Part shown: positions 1 to 11,135 of the stretch, in pieces | Layout: every line of letters starts with the position of its first letter | Position numbering within the stretch: the first letter of the stretch is position 1 | The notes under the pieces: generated by a model | What the model was told of the DNA's origin: nothing | What the model saw: only the letters and a program-made list of their open reading frames with translations | Databases searched by the model: none | Program-made: the position numbers and the translations under genes | Origin: Octopus vulgaris | Lineage: Eukaryota | Reading direction: 5' to 3' | DNA length: 64,000 nt | Assembly: GCA_951406725.2 (NCBI GenBank) | Contig: OX597818.1 | Location: 127,162,001 to 127,226,000 of the forward strand

Positions 1-102
1 TCCATACATTACTGGATAAAAATGTTGTATGTCTTTTGTATTTATCGCTGAACGAGGGCAACGCTTTCAAACAGCGCTATATGCAGCATTATATGAACAT
101 TG

Positions 103-397
103 TGGAGGTGCAATGGCCCAGTGGTTAGGGTAGCGGACTCGCGGTCGTAGGATCGCGGTTTCGATTCCCAGACCGGGCTTTGTGAGTGTTTATTGAGCGA
201 AAACACCTAATGCTCCATGATGCTCCGGCAGGGGGTGGTGATCCCTGCTGTACTCTTTCACTACTCTTTCTCCCACTCTTTCTTCTGTTGGCCTGCTCGC
301 TTAGCCAGCGGGGTGGCATCATTTGAAGGCTAAAACAATGCGAACGCATTGTGACCAGCGATGTGTAACAACATCTGATGGTCTGGTCGGTCACGTG
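103..397 (+). mobile_element. tRNA-derived SINE, family S1
   Basis: Head TGGCCCAGTGG (box A) ... GGTTTCGATTCC (box B); related copies at 2432, 7880, 19520, 34754, 53119, 61043. Confidence 0.85.
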
Positions 398-751
398 AAC
401 ACGTGATATGAACATTATGCATAAAAGTAACACGCCCCAATAAACTGATACTGGGTTCCCCTATTACACAGATACCTGTGCAATACGCACATTCATGACA
501 TCTCATGATTCACACAATAAAACACATACAAACACAAACTTATAAATTTTCATCCCAAGCACCAAAGTTGGCGTGAAAATGTATGAAACTCCGCAATTAT
601 GTGCACATACTCATACACGAAAAAACGCATAAGGGCATAACGCAGGTGTATATATGGAGGAGATGCGTGAGTGTGTGTGCCTGTGTACGTGTGTATGCGT
701 GGCGTGCGAATTTTGTATGGACGTGCATCTACACATCCATGTGTATTTATA

Positions 752-1148
752 TCTTTATATATAAAAGTGAAGTTGTGTGTCTGTCTCCTACGATTTAGAT
801 TCCTAACTACTCCCACATTTTGCGATGCAGTGTGACCAAAAGCGGGTATCTTATAGTCGTGATTCATATCGAGCCCTTCTGGGTATTAGCGCGCGTCTAC
901 GATGAGTCTACGATTTAAAAAAAAAATTACCATCATTTTTTCCCATTTTTTATGCATTTTTTTGCTATTATATAAGGGAAGTAACTCTCTAAAAATGTAT
1001 TATTAAATCTCAGAACGTAAAAAGCTACAGTAACACACCCCCCTTTGTGGTTAGCCATATTGAGATAGCTATTATACTTTACATCTCTAAAAATGCTTAT
1101 ATAGTTATTTCCCTTACAAACCCGAGCAACGCCGGGCGATACTGCTAG
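752..1148 (+). mobile_element. non-autonomous Helitron
   Basis: Starts TC after A, ends CTAG before T; subterminal hairpin CCCGAGCAACGCCGGG just before CTAG; no TSD. Confidence 0.8.
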
Positions 1149-1599
1149 TTTATAAATATGAACATACACGAGCAGTCTCAAATAAACAGATTTAGAAGTT
1201 AATCAGTTTATGGCGAGCACATCAAGGCTAATGCAAGGAAGACAACAATTATGATCATACAATAAGTGAGCTCCCATTATTTGTATATCTATTTATCCCA
1301 AAATCCTGTACAGTGTCGTGTAGCTCCATGTATTCTCATCCGAGATGGAGACGAGTGCCAACGTTCCCATGTGGCAGGACTGGGATTTCTCACTACATGA
1401 AATCATTACCCACAAATAAAGTGAGTGAGTGTGTGTGGGAAATTGCTAAATGTTATTTATGACAAAAATTTAGAGTAAAATCTCTTAGTAGAGTCTGCCT
1501 GCGTTTTGCATCTTTTTTACTATCTCTCACTCCCATTCCATTTGTTGTCTTGTTTCCCTCTGCCAGCGTAACCAAGAGGACACTCATTGCGTTTATTAT

Positions 1600-2100
1600 A
1601 TGTAAAATAGATTAGTTGTGTCAGTCTTCAGAGACGAAATCAGGGGAACCAATGCACCAGCAAAAATAGGCAAAAAAGCGTTCAAAGTTATTGAACACTG
1701 ACAGATACTATGGATATATTCTGTTTTACCCTCCCGAAGACCTAGATCCATAATGCTTAACATTTTCATTGTACAAATTAATTGTTGCTCCTGCGGAATT
1801 CTATATGCTCTATTATCGGGTTCTTTGCTTTTATGTGATGAAACAGTGCACAGTTTGTTTGTTTGTTTTTTCGATTTATCACTATTAATGCATATTTGAC
1901 TCACCGAAATGTATTCCAATGTCTGGGCATTGCTGAGTCATATATTCAATTCCTTGTTGATATGGCTTATTTATATTTCCCACGAGCACGAAAAATAAAA
2001 GATGATTCTACACTTGGGATATCCATTTAATGAGACAATATTTTGTGAGTAAGCAAGTATGACAATGCATTTAACGAAAGACCAAAAGATCTGATAAGTT
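1600..2100 (-). mobile_element. highly decayed Penelope-like (RT thumb / GIY-YIG) remnant
   Basis: Minus-strand fragments NGYPK, PYQQGIE and AYRIP in the order expected for Penelope-like elements; many stops and frameshifts. Confidence 0.3.
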
Positions 2101-2431
2101 ATCAAGTCACAAGAAGAATTTTTAGATACTGTATAATATATTTATTGGGAGAGAGGGGTTCTCCCAGTCACCGATATAAGGTGTTATAAGCACCTCACTT
2201 AGATATTCAATAACAGTTACTATCTGTTCCTAAATTTTGGCTAATTGTAAAACTGAGATTCTACTTACGCGACAAGTTATCAACAGATTTCTGCTCGACT
2301 AACCACATGCTGTCAAGTCCTTGTGATTCAATATTAAGTTATTCTGGATAATTTAGTTAATATGTAGTTGTCTCCACAATATTATTCTTCCTTCATTCTT
2401 ACAGATTGGTCAGGTATTATTGAAATATAGT

Positions 2432-2818
2432 AGGAGCACTCCGTCGGTTGCGACGATGAGGGTCCCAGCTGATACGATCAACGGAACAGCTTGCTCGTGA
2501 TATTAACGTGCAAGTGGCTGAGCACTCCACAGACACGTGTACCCTTAACGTAGTTCTCGAGGAGATTCAGCGTGACACACAGAATGTGACAAGGCTGGCT
2601 CTTTGAAATACAGGTACAACAGAAACAGGAAGTAAGAGTGAGAGAAAGTTGTGGTGAAAGAGTACAGCAGGGTTCACCACCACGCCCTACTGGAGCCTCG
2701 TGGAGCTTTTTAGGTGTTTTCGCTCAATAAACACTCACAACGCCCGGTCTGGGAATCGAAACCGCAATCCTATGACCGCGAGTCCGCTGCCCTAACCACT
2801 GGGCCATTGCGCCTTCAC
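2432..2818 (-). mobile_element. tRNA-derived SINE, family S1
   Basis: Reverse-complement copy of the S1 head and body. Confidence 0.85.
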
Positions 2819-3352
2819 TGAAATAATAATTGGTAGTATAGTAAAAAGAGACCTTGGTTCTCGGTGTTTAACTTATACTTGATATTCTGGCAAGCTTTTG
2901 AAAGAAATATTTAATCTGTGTAGGTTAGTTATATTGAGAAATGATACGAAAGAAGCTATCTACAGTTACTCTATGTAGATTTAATAAGTCTTTTATCTCA
3001 GTATGTTAATATTTTGCGATAATGACTGAGATTCAGATAGCAATATCCTTTTCAGAAAATACACTGTTTAAGTTGAAGCTACCATAGACTAATTTAGAGT
3101 CTTTGACAAAATCTATTGTGAACCTTATCTTTTATAGTACGTACTTTAATACTTCACCGGTGACTACAAGTTCATGTTTAATCGCATACAGACCTCAATT
3201 TAAGGTTTCATCATTCGCGTTCCCAAATTACTTTTCGTTATAGAATTCGGCAGATTCTTTTCAAGTTACAAAGAGAACGTCTTACTACACTGAATAGAAT
3301 TAATTTAATTAAATATGGTTATTTGTGCAACACTTTTCAATCTTCAGAAATA

Positions 3353-3580
3353 TACCTATTTCTTTATTACCCACAAGGGGCTAAACATAGAGGGGACAAA
3401 CAAGGCCAGACTTACGTATTAATTCGATTACATCGACCCCAGTGCGTAACTGGTACTTATTTAATCGACCTCGAAAGGATGAAAGGCAAAGTCGACCTCG
3501 GCGGAATTTGAACTCAGAACGTAGCGGCAGACGAAATACGGCTAAGCATTTCGTCCGGCGTGCTAACGATTCTGCCAGAA
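3353..3580 (-). mobile_element. SINE, family S3 (CCTTTCATCCTTTCGGGGTCGAT core)
   Basis: Matches copies at 30805, 35513, 49935, 57767, 62490, 63780. Confidence 0.8.
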
Positions 3581-3670
3581 ATATACCGCAAATGAAAACT
3601 GCTGCGATGGCATCCAACCTCAACTCCACCATTACCACCAAACCATGAGCCACAGAGGGAGTCCCTACAC

Positions 3671-3836
3671 CAGTGGTTTTCAACCAGGGTTCCGCCAGTA
3701 CAGTCCAGGGGTTCCGCAAGAAGTTACAAAACTGCTAAAATCGGCAGTAATTTTTAATTCTCCTGTGCAGGGGTTCCCCGAGCCAGTCGAATGTTTCCTT
3801 GGGGTTCCACTCCAGCAAAAAGTGTGAAAAGCACTG
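3671..3836. mobile_element. hAT-type MITE
   Basis: TIR CAGTGGTTTTCA / TGAAAAGCACTG; perfect 8-bp TSD CCCTACAC (3663-3670, 3837-3844). Confidence 0.9.
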
Positions 3837-4249
3837 CCCTACACGATCGCTCAGTCTCCTAGAAAGAGCTGTCAAATCTCTGTCAAGTCACATCCTGTCA
3901 TCTTAAAAGATACAAGGTGATACTGGATAGTGTAGTCGTAACTGTCTTTAAAGTAGGTATGATACGATTGGAATACATCGATTACTTGATTAAAGAGCTG
4001 TTCAATTAAGACTGACCAAGAGCTGAATAACAAAAACAGCAACAACAATAACAACATCGACAAAATAACAGCCAACCGTGACGGTCCGCCTTGCTGTCAG
4101 ACTTTAACAAGTATGGTGGAAATCTAGCTTTTTGAATATTGAAAACATATTTTCTCATTCAACAAATACACGTATAAATACGCACGTGCGCGCGGGTATT
4201 TGTGTGTGTTTGTGTGTCTGTTGAATGAGGAAAATAGATAGACACACAT

Positions 4250-4434
4250 AGGCGCAGGAGTGGCTGTGTGGTAAGTAGCTTGCTAACCAACCACATGGTT
4301 CCGGGTTCAGTCCCACTGCGTGGCATCTTGGGCAAGTGTCTTCTTCTATAGCCCCGGGCCGACCAATGCTTTGTGAGTGGATTTGGTAGACGGAAACTGA
4401 AAGAAGCCTGTCGTATATATGTATATATATATAC

Positions 4435-4466
<32 letters not shown>

Positions 4467-4690
4467 GTGTATGTGTGTGTTTGTGTGTCTGTGTTTGTCC
4501 CCCTAGCATTGCTTGACAACCGATGCTGGTGTGTTTACGTCCCCGTCACTTAGCGGTTCGGCAAAAGGGACCTATAGAATAAGCACTGGGCTTGCAAAGA
4601 ATAAGTCCCGGGGTCGATTTGCTCGACTAAAGGCGGAGCTCCAGCATGGCCACAGTCAAATGACTGAAACAAGTAAAAGAGAAAAGAGAA
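4250..4690 (+). mobile_element. tRNA-derived SINE, family S2 (CORE-like, internal microsatellite)
   Basis: AGGCGCAGGAGTGGCTGTGTGG head, CTTGGGCAAGT CORE-like motif, GAAACAAGTAAAAGA tail; many copies in the window. Confidence 0.85.
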
Positions 4691-4985
4691 AACATACACG
4701 CGTATACATACATATAACTACAGCACACTTGTGTAGATCCGTGCGTATGTGTATGCGTGTGTATGTATGTGTATGTGCATGTGTGTGTGTGTGTGTGTGT
4801 GCGTGCATGCGTGCGTGTGTATGTGTTGGTATGTGTGGGTTAATTGTGTACCTGTTAATTGAGGAAAATAGACAGACACACATACACGTATACATACATA
4901 TGACTACCTGGAAACGTGTGGGTCTGTGCGTGTACGTTTGCGTATGCGTGTGTATATATGTATGCATGTATTATGTATGCGTGTG

Positions 4986-5044
<59 letters not shown>

Positions 5045-5119
5045 TATTGTACTCAAACATAATGCTGTTTCGATCATGCTGTGTCGATCATATTATTTTA
5101 TATAATATATATATATATA

Positions 5120-5320
5120 TTCTTCCAAGGAATCTAATGCGCTTGGCTTAGATTTTCCTTTGGAGCTGGCCAGATCGGAGCAATCTCAAGATTAATCAGC
5201 CGAAATTGCGAGGATGATCCGGTTCTTGACTGAAGATTGAAGGCTTCGAATGTCCCGTCCGTGTTTTTTGTATCGTCTTCTAAATGTTTCACGTTCTTGT
5301 CCCAGTTTGCATTTTTTTAC
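5120..5320 (+). mobile_element. (TA)n-embedded short element, family J1 copy A
   Basis: (TA)n on both sides; homologous to 7486-7677 and 22280-22516. Confidence 0.75.
5163..5246 (+). ncRNA. candidate non-circularly permuted hammerhead ribozyme (J1-A)
   Basis: GCAA-TC-TCAAGA ... CAGCC-GAAA-TTGC ... TCTTGA-CTGAAGA; stems I and III are flush with the core segments. Confidence 0.55.
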
Positions 5321-5699
5321 ATATATATATATATATATACACACAACGGGCTTCTTCTAAATTTCCGTTTACATGGGTAAGTTTGTCTCCGCAACCATTT
5401 GGTTAAGGGCCTTCTATCACGGTACCGTGCTGAGCACCTTGTGCGTGAATCTGTGAGACGGAAACTGTGGAAACTTAATGTATACATATATAGATATATG
5501 TGTATTTATGTGGGGCTTTTTGTGTGTATTTCTGCGTCTATTTGTTTTCGTCTCTCACCGCTAGGTGTCTACTGTTAGCTTCTTAACGACCTGTAAGAAG
5601 CTTTTCAAAGAAAAAGAAATCGACAGAAAATATACTGGCGTAAAATAAAGTACCGTCTGTACCGGAGAGCTTTTGGTTGGCTTAGCAATTCAAGACGGG

Positions 5700-5850
5700 T
5701 GAGTTCAAATTCCGCCGAGGTCGACTTTGCCTTTTATCCTTTCGGGGTCGATAAATTAAGTACCAGTTACACACTGGGGTCGATGTAACCGACATAATAG
5801 CTATGTCTGTCCTTGTTTGTCCCCTCTTTGTGGGTAATGAAGAAATAGGT
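5700..5850 (+). mobile_element. SINE S3, 5'-truncated
   Basis: S3 core and tail. Confidence 0.75.
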
Positions 5851-5989
5851 ACTCTAGGTACAAGAGTGTGCGTATGTGTGCGTGTGTGTGCGTGTGTGTA
5901 TGTGTGTGTGTGTGTGTGTGTGCGTGTGTGTGCATAGATATACATGTGTAAACAAATATATGTGTGTGTGTGTGTGTGTTTGTTTGTGT

Positions 5990-6199
5990 ATTCTTTTGTT
6001 CTGATAATTGTTTCAGTCATTTGACTACGGCCATGCTGAGCACCGCCCTTAGTCGGACAAATCGACCCCAGGAGTTATTTTCTGTAAGCCTAGTGCGCTT
6101 ATTCTATCGGTCTCTTTGCTGAACCGCTAAGTTACAAGTATGTAAACACTTCAACATCGGTTGTCAAGCAATGGTGCGCAGACAAACACAGACACACTA

Positions 6200-6200
<1 letters not shown>
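5990..6200 (-). mobile_element. SINE S2, 3' half
   Basis: Reverse-complement S2 tail. Confidence 0.75.
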
Positions 6201-6247
<47 letters not shown>

Positions 6248-6265
6248 GCACACACACACACACAT

Positions 6266-6625
6266 ACGTTTTTACCTGTCTCCTGTCAAAGTTCGTTTCT
6301 CCAGCTTTCACCACTTCATTTCGTTATGGTTTAACTGTTTTTTCTTACTGTCCTGTTTTTCTTTAGACCTCCGCAAATTCCAAATTTTCTTTAATTTGCT
6401 TTGCGAGAACGACTGTTTTAACGAAGACGTGTCTTGTCCCCACTTTCGAAATGCGGAGAAGATAAACATGGGACAACTGATGAAGGGATTGTTCTTTATG
6501 TTACCTGTCTTGTTTCCCTATATGTTTCTTTCGTTGTTCGAAAAGAAAGTTCGTTTTTCTTGTTTTTGTTTTTCCTGTTCTCGTTTTTCATGTTGTTCAC
6601 TTTTTTGATGCCCTGTACCCATATA
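6266..6625 (+). mobile_element. microsatellite-embedded short element, family J2
   Basis: Pyrimidine-rich element between (CA)n and (TA)n-like tracts; 3' half homologous to the reverse complement of 23580-23727. Confidence 0.7.
6428..6488 (+). ncRNA. candidate non-circularly permuted hammerhead ribozyme (J2), intact core
   Basis: CGTG-TC-TTGTCCC-cac-TTTC-GAAA-TGCG ... GGGACAA-CTGATGA-A-GGGA: GUC triplet, 7-bp stem I, wobble-rich stems II and III. Confidence 0.65.
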
Positions 6626-6677
6626 TGTATGTGTATATACATATATATGTAGGTATGTACATATATGAATGTATATA

Positions 6678-6728
<51 letters not shown>

Positions 6729-6730
<2 letters not shown>

Positions 6731-7078
6731 GACGGGGTTCTTCCAGTTTTCCGTCTACCAAATCCAGTCACAAGGCTTTGGTCGGACTAAGGCTATAGTA
6801 AAAGACACTTGCCCAAGGTACCACGCAGTGGGACTGAACCCAGAACCATGTGCTTCGGAAGCAAGCTTCTTACGACACAGTCACTCTTGAATATATATAA
6901 TATATAGGCGCAGGAGTGGGTGTGTGGCAAGTAGCTTGTTTACTAACCACATGGTTCCGGCTTCAGTCCCACTGCGTGGCACCGTGGGCAAGTGTCTTCT
7001 ACTATAACTTCGGGTCGACCAAAGCCTTGTGAATGGATATAGTAGACGGAGTCTGAACGAAGCCAGTCGTATATAGAC

Positions 7079-7080
<2 letters not shown>
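6729..7080. mobile_element. two head-to-head SINE S2 5' halves
   Basis: 6729-6885 (-) and 6906-7080 (+). Confidence 0.75.
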
Positions 7081-7125
<45 letters not shown>

Positions 7126-7128
<3 letters not shown>

Positions 7129-7677
7129 CAAAAAAACAAGGACGGGTCATTCGGAGTTTTCTTTCCTCAGTCGAGTTCCAGATTATCTTTTGCAATTTCG
7201 GCAAGTTGTACTCGAAATTGCACCAATCTGGCCAGTCCCAAGGAAAAATTAAGCTAAGTGCACTGATCTTTCTTTCTTGCTTCGACTACAATCCGTGCAA
7301 CATCTATATTCCTCCCTGAATCTGTCAAACCTTATGTCCCTGCCGTAAGGCTTTACTTCCACACACGCTAGCTTAATTTAATTCGTCCTTAGTCGAAAGA
7401 CACCCGTAGTATTTGTCCTGTTATTTGTATTTTACACCATTTCTCCGTTTTTTTTTCGTCCTTATTTTCGTATACATTCGCTGCTTTCTTCCAAGGAATC
7501 TAGTGCTCTTAGCTTAGTTTTTCCTTGGGGCTAGCCAGATTGGAGCAATCTCGAGTATAACCAGCCGAAATTGCAAAGATAATCTGGAACTCGACTGAGG
7601 AAAGAATACTCCGAATGACCCGTCCTTCTTTCGTCTGTCTGGATGTTTTGAGTTCTTGTCCCATTTTTGTATTTTTT
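7126..7677 (+). mobile_element. (TA)n-embedded element with inverted arms, family J1 copy B
   Basis: 7137-7268 is a diverged reverse complement of 7497-7627; (TA)n flanks. Confidence 0.8.
7528..7601 (+). ncRNA. candidate non-circularly permuted hammerhead ribozyme (J1-B)
   Basis: GCAA-TC-TCGAGT ... CAGCC-GAAA-TTGC ... ACTCGA-CTGAGGA; a second, diverged copy lies on the minus strand in the left arm. Confidence 0.55.
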
Positions 7678-7731
7678 ATATATAAAAATGTAGCGGCGTA
7701 CGTTCACTTTGGTCTCCTACACATACATACA

Positions 7732-7762
<31 letters not shown>

Positions 7763-7763
7763 G

Positions 7764-7861
<98 letters not shown>

Positions 7862-7879
7862 CATACATACATATAGTCT

Positions 7880-8142
7880 TTTTTCGACCAGGCTATCAGA
7901 TGTTGCTACACATCAATGGTCATTAGACTACAAATGACGCCACTCCGCTGGCTAAGCGAGCAGGCCAACAGAAGAAAGTTGTGGTGATAGAGTACAGCAG
8001 GGCTCGCCACCACCCCCTGCCGGAGCCTCGTGGAGCTTTAGGTGTTTTCACTCAATAAACACTTACAACGCCCGGTCTGGGAATTGAAACCGCGATCCTA
8101 CGACCGCGAGTCCGCTGCCCTAACCACTGGGTCATTGCGCCA
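7880..8142 (-). mobile_element. SINE S1
   Basis: Reverse-complement S1 copy with internal deletion. Confidence 0.75.
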
Positions 8143-8218
8143 CCACACACACACACACAGACACACATACATACACACACATATATATATATACATATAT
8201 TTACATATATATATGTAC

Positions 8219-8264
<46 letters not shown>

Positions 8265-8309
8265 ATGTATGTATGTATGTATGTATGTATGTATGTATGT
8301 ATGTATGTA

Positions 8310-8903
8310 TATGTTCGTGCGTCTGTGTTTGTCCCCCCAACATCGCTTGACAACTTATGCTGGTGTGTTTATGTCCCCGTAACTTAGTAGTTCGGCTAAA
8401 GAGAATAGAATAAGTACTGGGCTTACAAAAGAATAAGTCCTGGGGTCGATTTTGTTCGACTAAAGTCGGTGCTCCAGCATAGTCGCAGTTAAATCACTGA
8501 AACGAATAAAAGAACAAAGGAATATATATATTCCTTTTTTTTCAGTCATTTCGCTGCGGCCATGCTGGAGCACCACCTTTTTAATCGAACAAATCGACCC
8601 TAGGACTTTGTAAGCCTAGTACTTATTCTATCGGTTTCTTTTGCCGAACCGCGAAGTTACAGGGACGCAAATAAACCAACGTCGGTTGTCAAGCGATAAT
8701 GGGGAGACAAACACAGACATACAAACATATACATACACACGCACGACCGTCATTTTTTTCAGTTTCCGTCAACAAAATTCACTCACAAAGCTTTGGTCGA
8801 CCCGAGGCTATAGAACAAGACAATTGTGCAAGATGCCACTTAGTGGGACCGAACCTGGAATCATGTAGTTGGTAAGCAATCTACTTTCCACACAGCCACT
8901 CCT
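8310..8903. mobile_element. tail-to-tail SINE S2 pieces
   Basis: 8310-8520 (+) and 8530-8903 (-). Confidence 0.7.
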
Positions 8904-8924
8904 ATATAACCATATATGTATGTA

Positions 8925-8941
8925 TATAATATATGTATGTC

Positions 8942-8994
<53 letters not shown>

Positions 8995-9052
8995 TATATA
9001 TATATGTACACCGGCGATTATAATTAATTTTATTGTATCGTATTTATCTGTG

Positions 9053-9139
<87 letters not shown>

Positions 9140-9926
9140 GTGTGTTTAGGTATATGTAGGTACGTAGAGTTATGATGTATGTATGTATTTGTATGTAGGT
9201 GTATATGTATGTGTGTATATATATTTATTGGTGTATATGTATAGACTAGTCTTCTAAGATTGTAGACATGAATCTGTAGGTACGCGTACGTATGTGTATA
9301 TACATGTATGTATGTATGTAGATGTATGTATGTATGAATATAACGCGTGCGTGCGTGTATGTGTATGAGTGTACGAATGAGTGAGTGTGCGTGCTAACGA
9401 GTGTGCGTGCGTGAGTGAGTGCTTGTGCTCAAGTAGAAAGATAAAAGGGACTGGTTGTCGTAGCCAAGATGTTTGTGACCAGCGGTCAAAGATAACAAAA
9501 GTAATAAATGAAGATAATAAAATTAAAATTAGGGAATGGGTTTGTATTTGTATGTGTATATGTGTGTATGTGTAGGTATGAATAGGTACACATATGTATG
9601 TGTATATATATGTGTATATATATATATATGTATGTATATATACATATATGTGTATAAGTACATATGAGTATATAGGGACTTGTGTGTTGTGTGTGCATGT
9701 GTGTATGTGGATATATATGTGTGTGTATGTGTGTATGTGTATGTGTGTGTATGCATATATATTTTTTTTTTGTGTATATGTGTATGTGTGGTCGTGTGTG
9801 TGTGTGCATATATACATGTGTGTGTGTATATGTATGTGCATGTATATGTGTATGTATATATAGATATATATATATATATATATATGTATATGTGTATGTG
9901 TGTGTAGATATATGTATGTATATGTA

Positions 9927-9959
<33 letters not shown>

Positions 9960-10030
9960 GGGTGTGTGTGTATGTATGTGAGTATGTATATGTGTGTGTG
10001 TGTGTGTGTATATGTATACATATGTGTATA
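8925..10030. repeat. compound (TA)/(TG)/(TATG) microsatellite region
   Basis: Low-complexity purine-pyrimidine repeats interrupted by short unique stretches. Confidence 0.85.
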
Positions 10031-10259
10031 GGTATAAGTGAGATTTTCCTTATTTACCTAAAACTCTATTCCTCTATATATTTTTTTATTCTCCCTTTTT
10101 TTATTCTTTTATTTATTCTTCTATCTAATTTACCACTGACTCCTTGACCACTCCCCCAAGTATGATTTTTTTGCGCTATGCCTACCCCCACAAAGTCCCC
10201 CACCACCACCCCTTTAAACCTGCCTAAATGTATAAATGCAAATACAATTCTTGTTAACT

Positions 10260-10310
10260 AGCTTCCTGAAGATTTCTCTTGAATGAAACAGTTCTAGTCC
10301 TGTAGAAGCT
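10260..10310 (+). ncRNA. type I hammerhead ribozyme in a Penelope-type pseudo-LTR
   Basis: AGCTTC-CTGAAGA-TTTCTCTTGAAT-GAAA-CAG(ttctagtc)CTG-TA-GAAGCT; TATAAA at 10231, AATAAA at 10321, (TA)n at 10397. Confidence 0.75.
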
Positions 10311-10393
10311 CCTTCTATATAATAAATTAATTTTACTCTGCTATGTATTGAGTACCTTATTTACTGTGGTTAACCCCGAATCAACCCGGGACC

Positions 10394-10424
<31 letters not shown>

Positions 10425-10426
<2 letters not shown>

Positions 10427-10636
10427 CGGGAAGCTTTATGAAAATAAACAAAAGACGAAGGCAGGTGGAGTACAAACAAACATTTGTTTTAGTATGGCGC
10501 TCAGAAATATAAATAAAACAAGCCTTTTACGTTCCGAGCCTACGCTCTTCAACAGAAAGATACACAGAAAAGAAACACGGAGAGAAACAAGGAGAGAAAA
10601 AAATGCGTGCAGAAGCTAGCGATTCAACATGGCGAT
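10425..10636 (-). mobile_element. (TA)n-embedded Penelope-like non-autonomous element with minimal hammerhead variant
   Basis: Reverse complement of 20606-20828; minus strand TCTTT-CTGTTGA-AGAGCGTAGGCTC-GGAA-CG-TA-AAAGG. Confidence 0.7.
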
Positions 10637-10771
10637 ATATACACACACATACATACATACATACATACACACATACATACATGCATACATACATACATAC
10701 ATACATACATACATACATACATACATACATACATACATACATGCATAGATATACATATATGAGCAAATATA

Positions 10772-10947
<176 letters not shown>

Positions 10948-11135
10948 TGTATTTGTCTACGTGTGTGTGTCTGTATGTCCGAAATTTTTTACTTTTTACT
11001 ATCTTATTTACTCAGTCTAGAAACGAAAAAGGTCGCTGTATTCGATGATTCAGTTTAGAAAAGTTATTTCCCTTGTGTGGTTTTTTTTTCTCTTTTCGTT
11101 GTCTACTAAGAGTTACTTACCTTGCTGAGAAAACC

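Noticed and set aside
7595-7626. HDV-like reading of the J1 3' part (CGAATGACCC)
   Set aside because: No upstream P2 partner or P3/L3 motif; the permuted hammerhead pairing explains the covariation better
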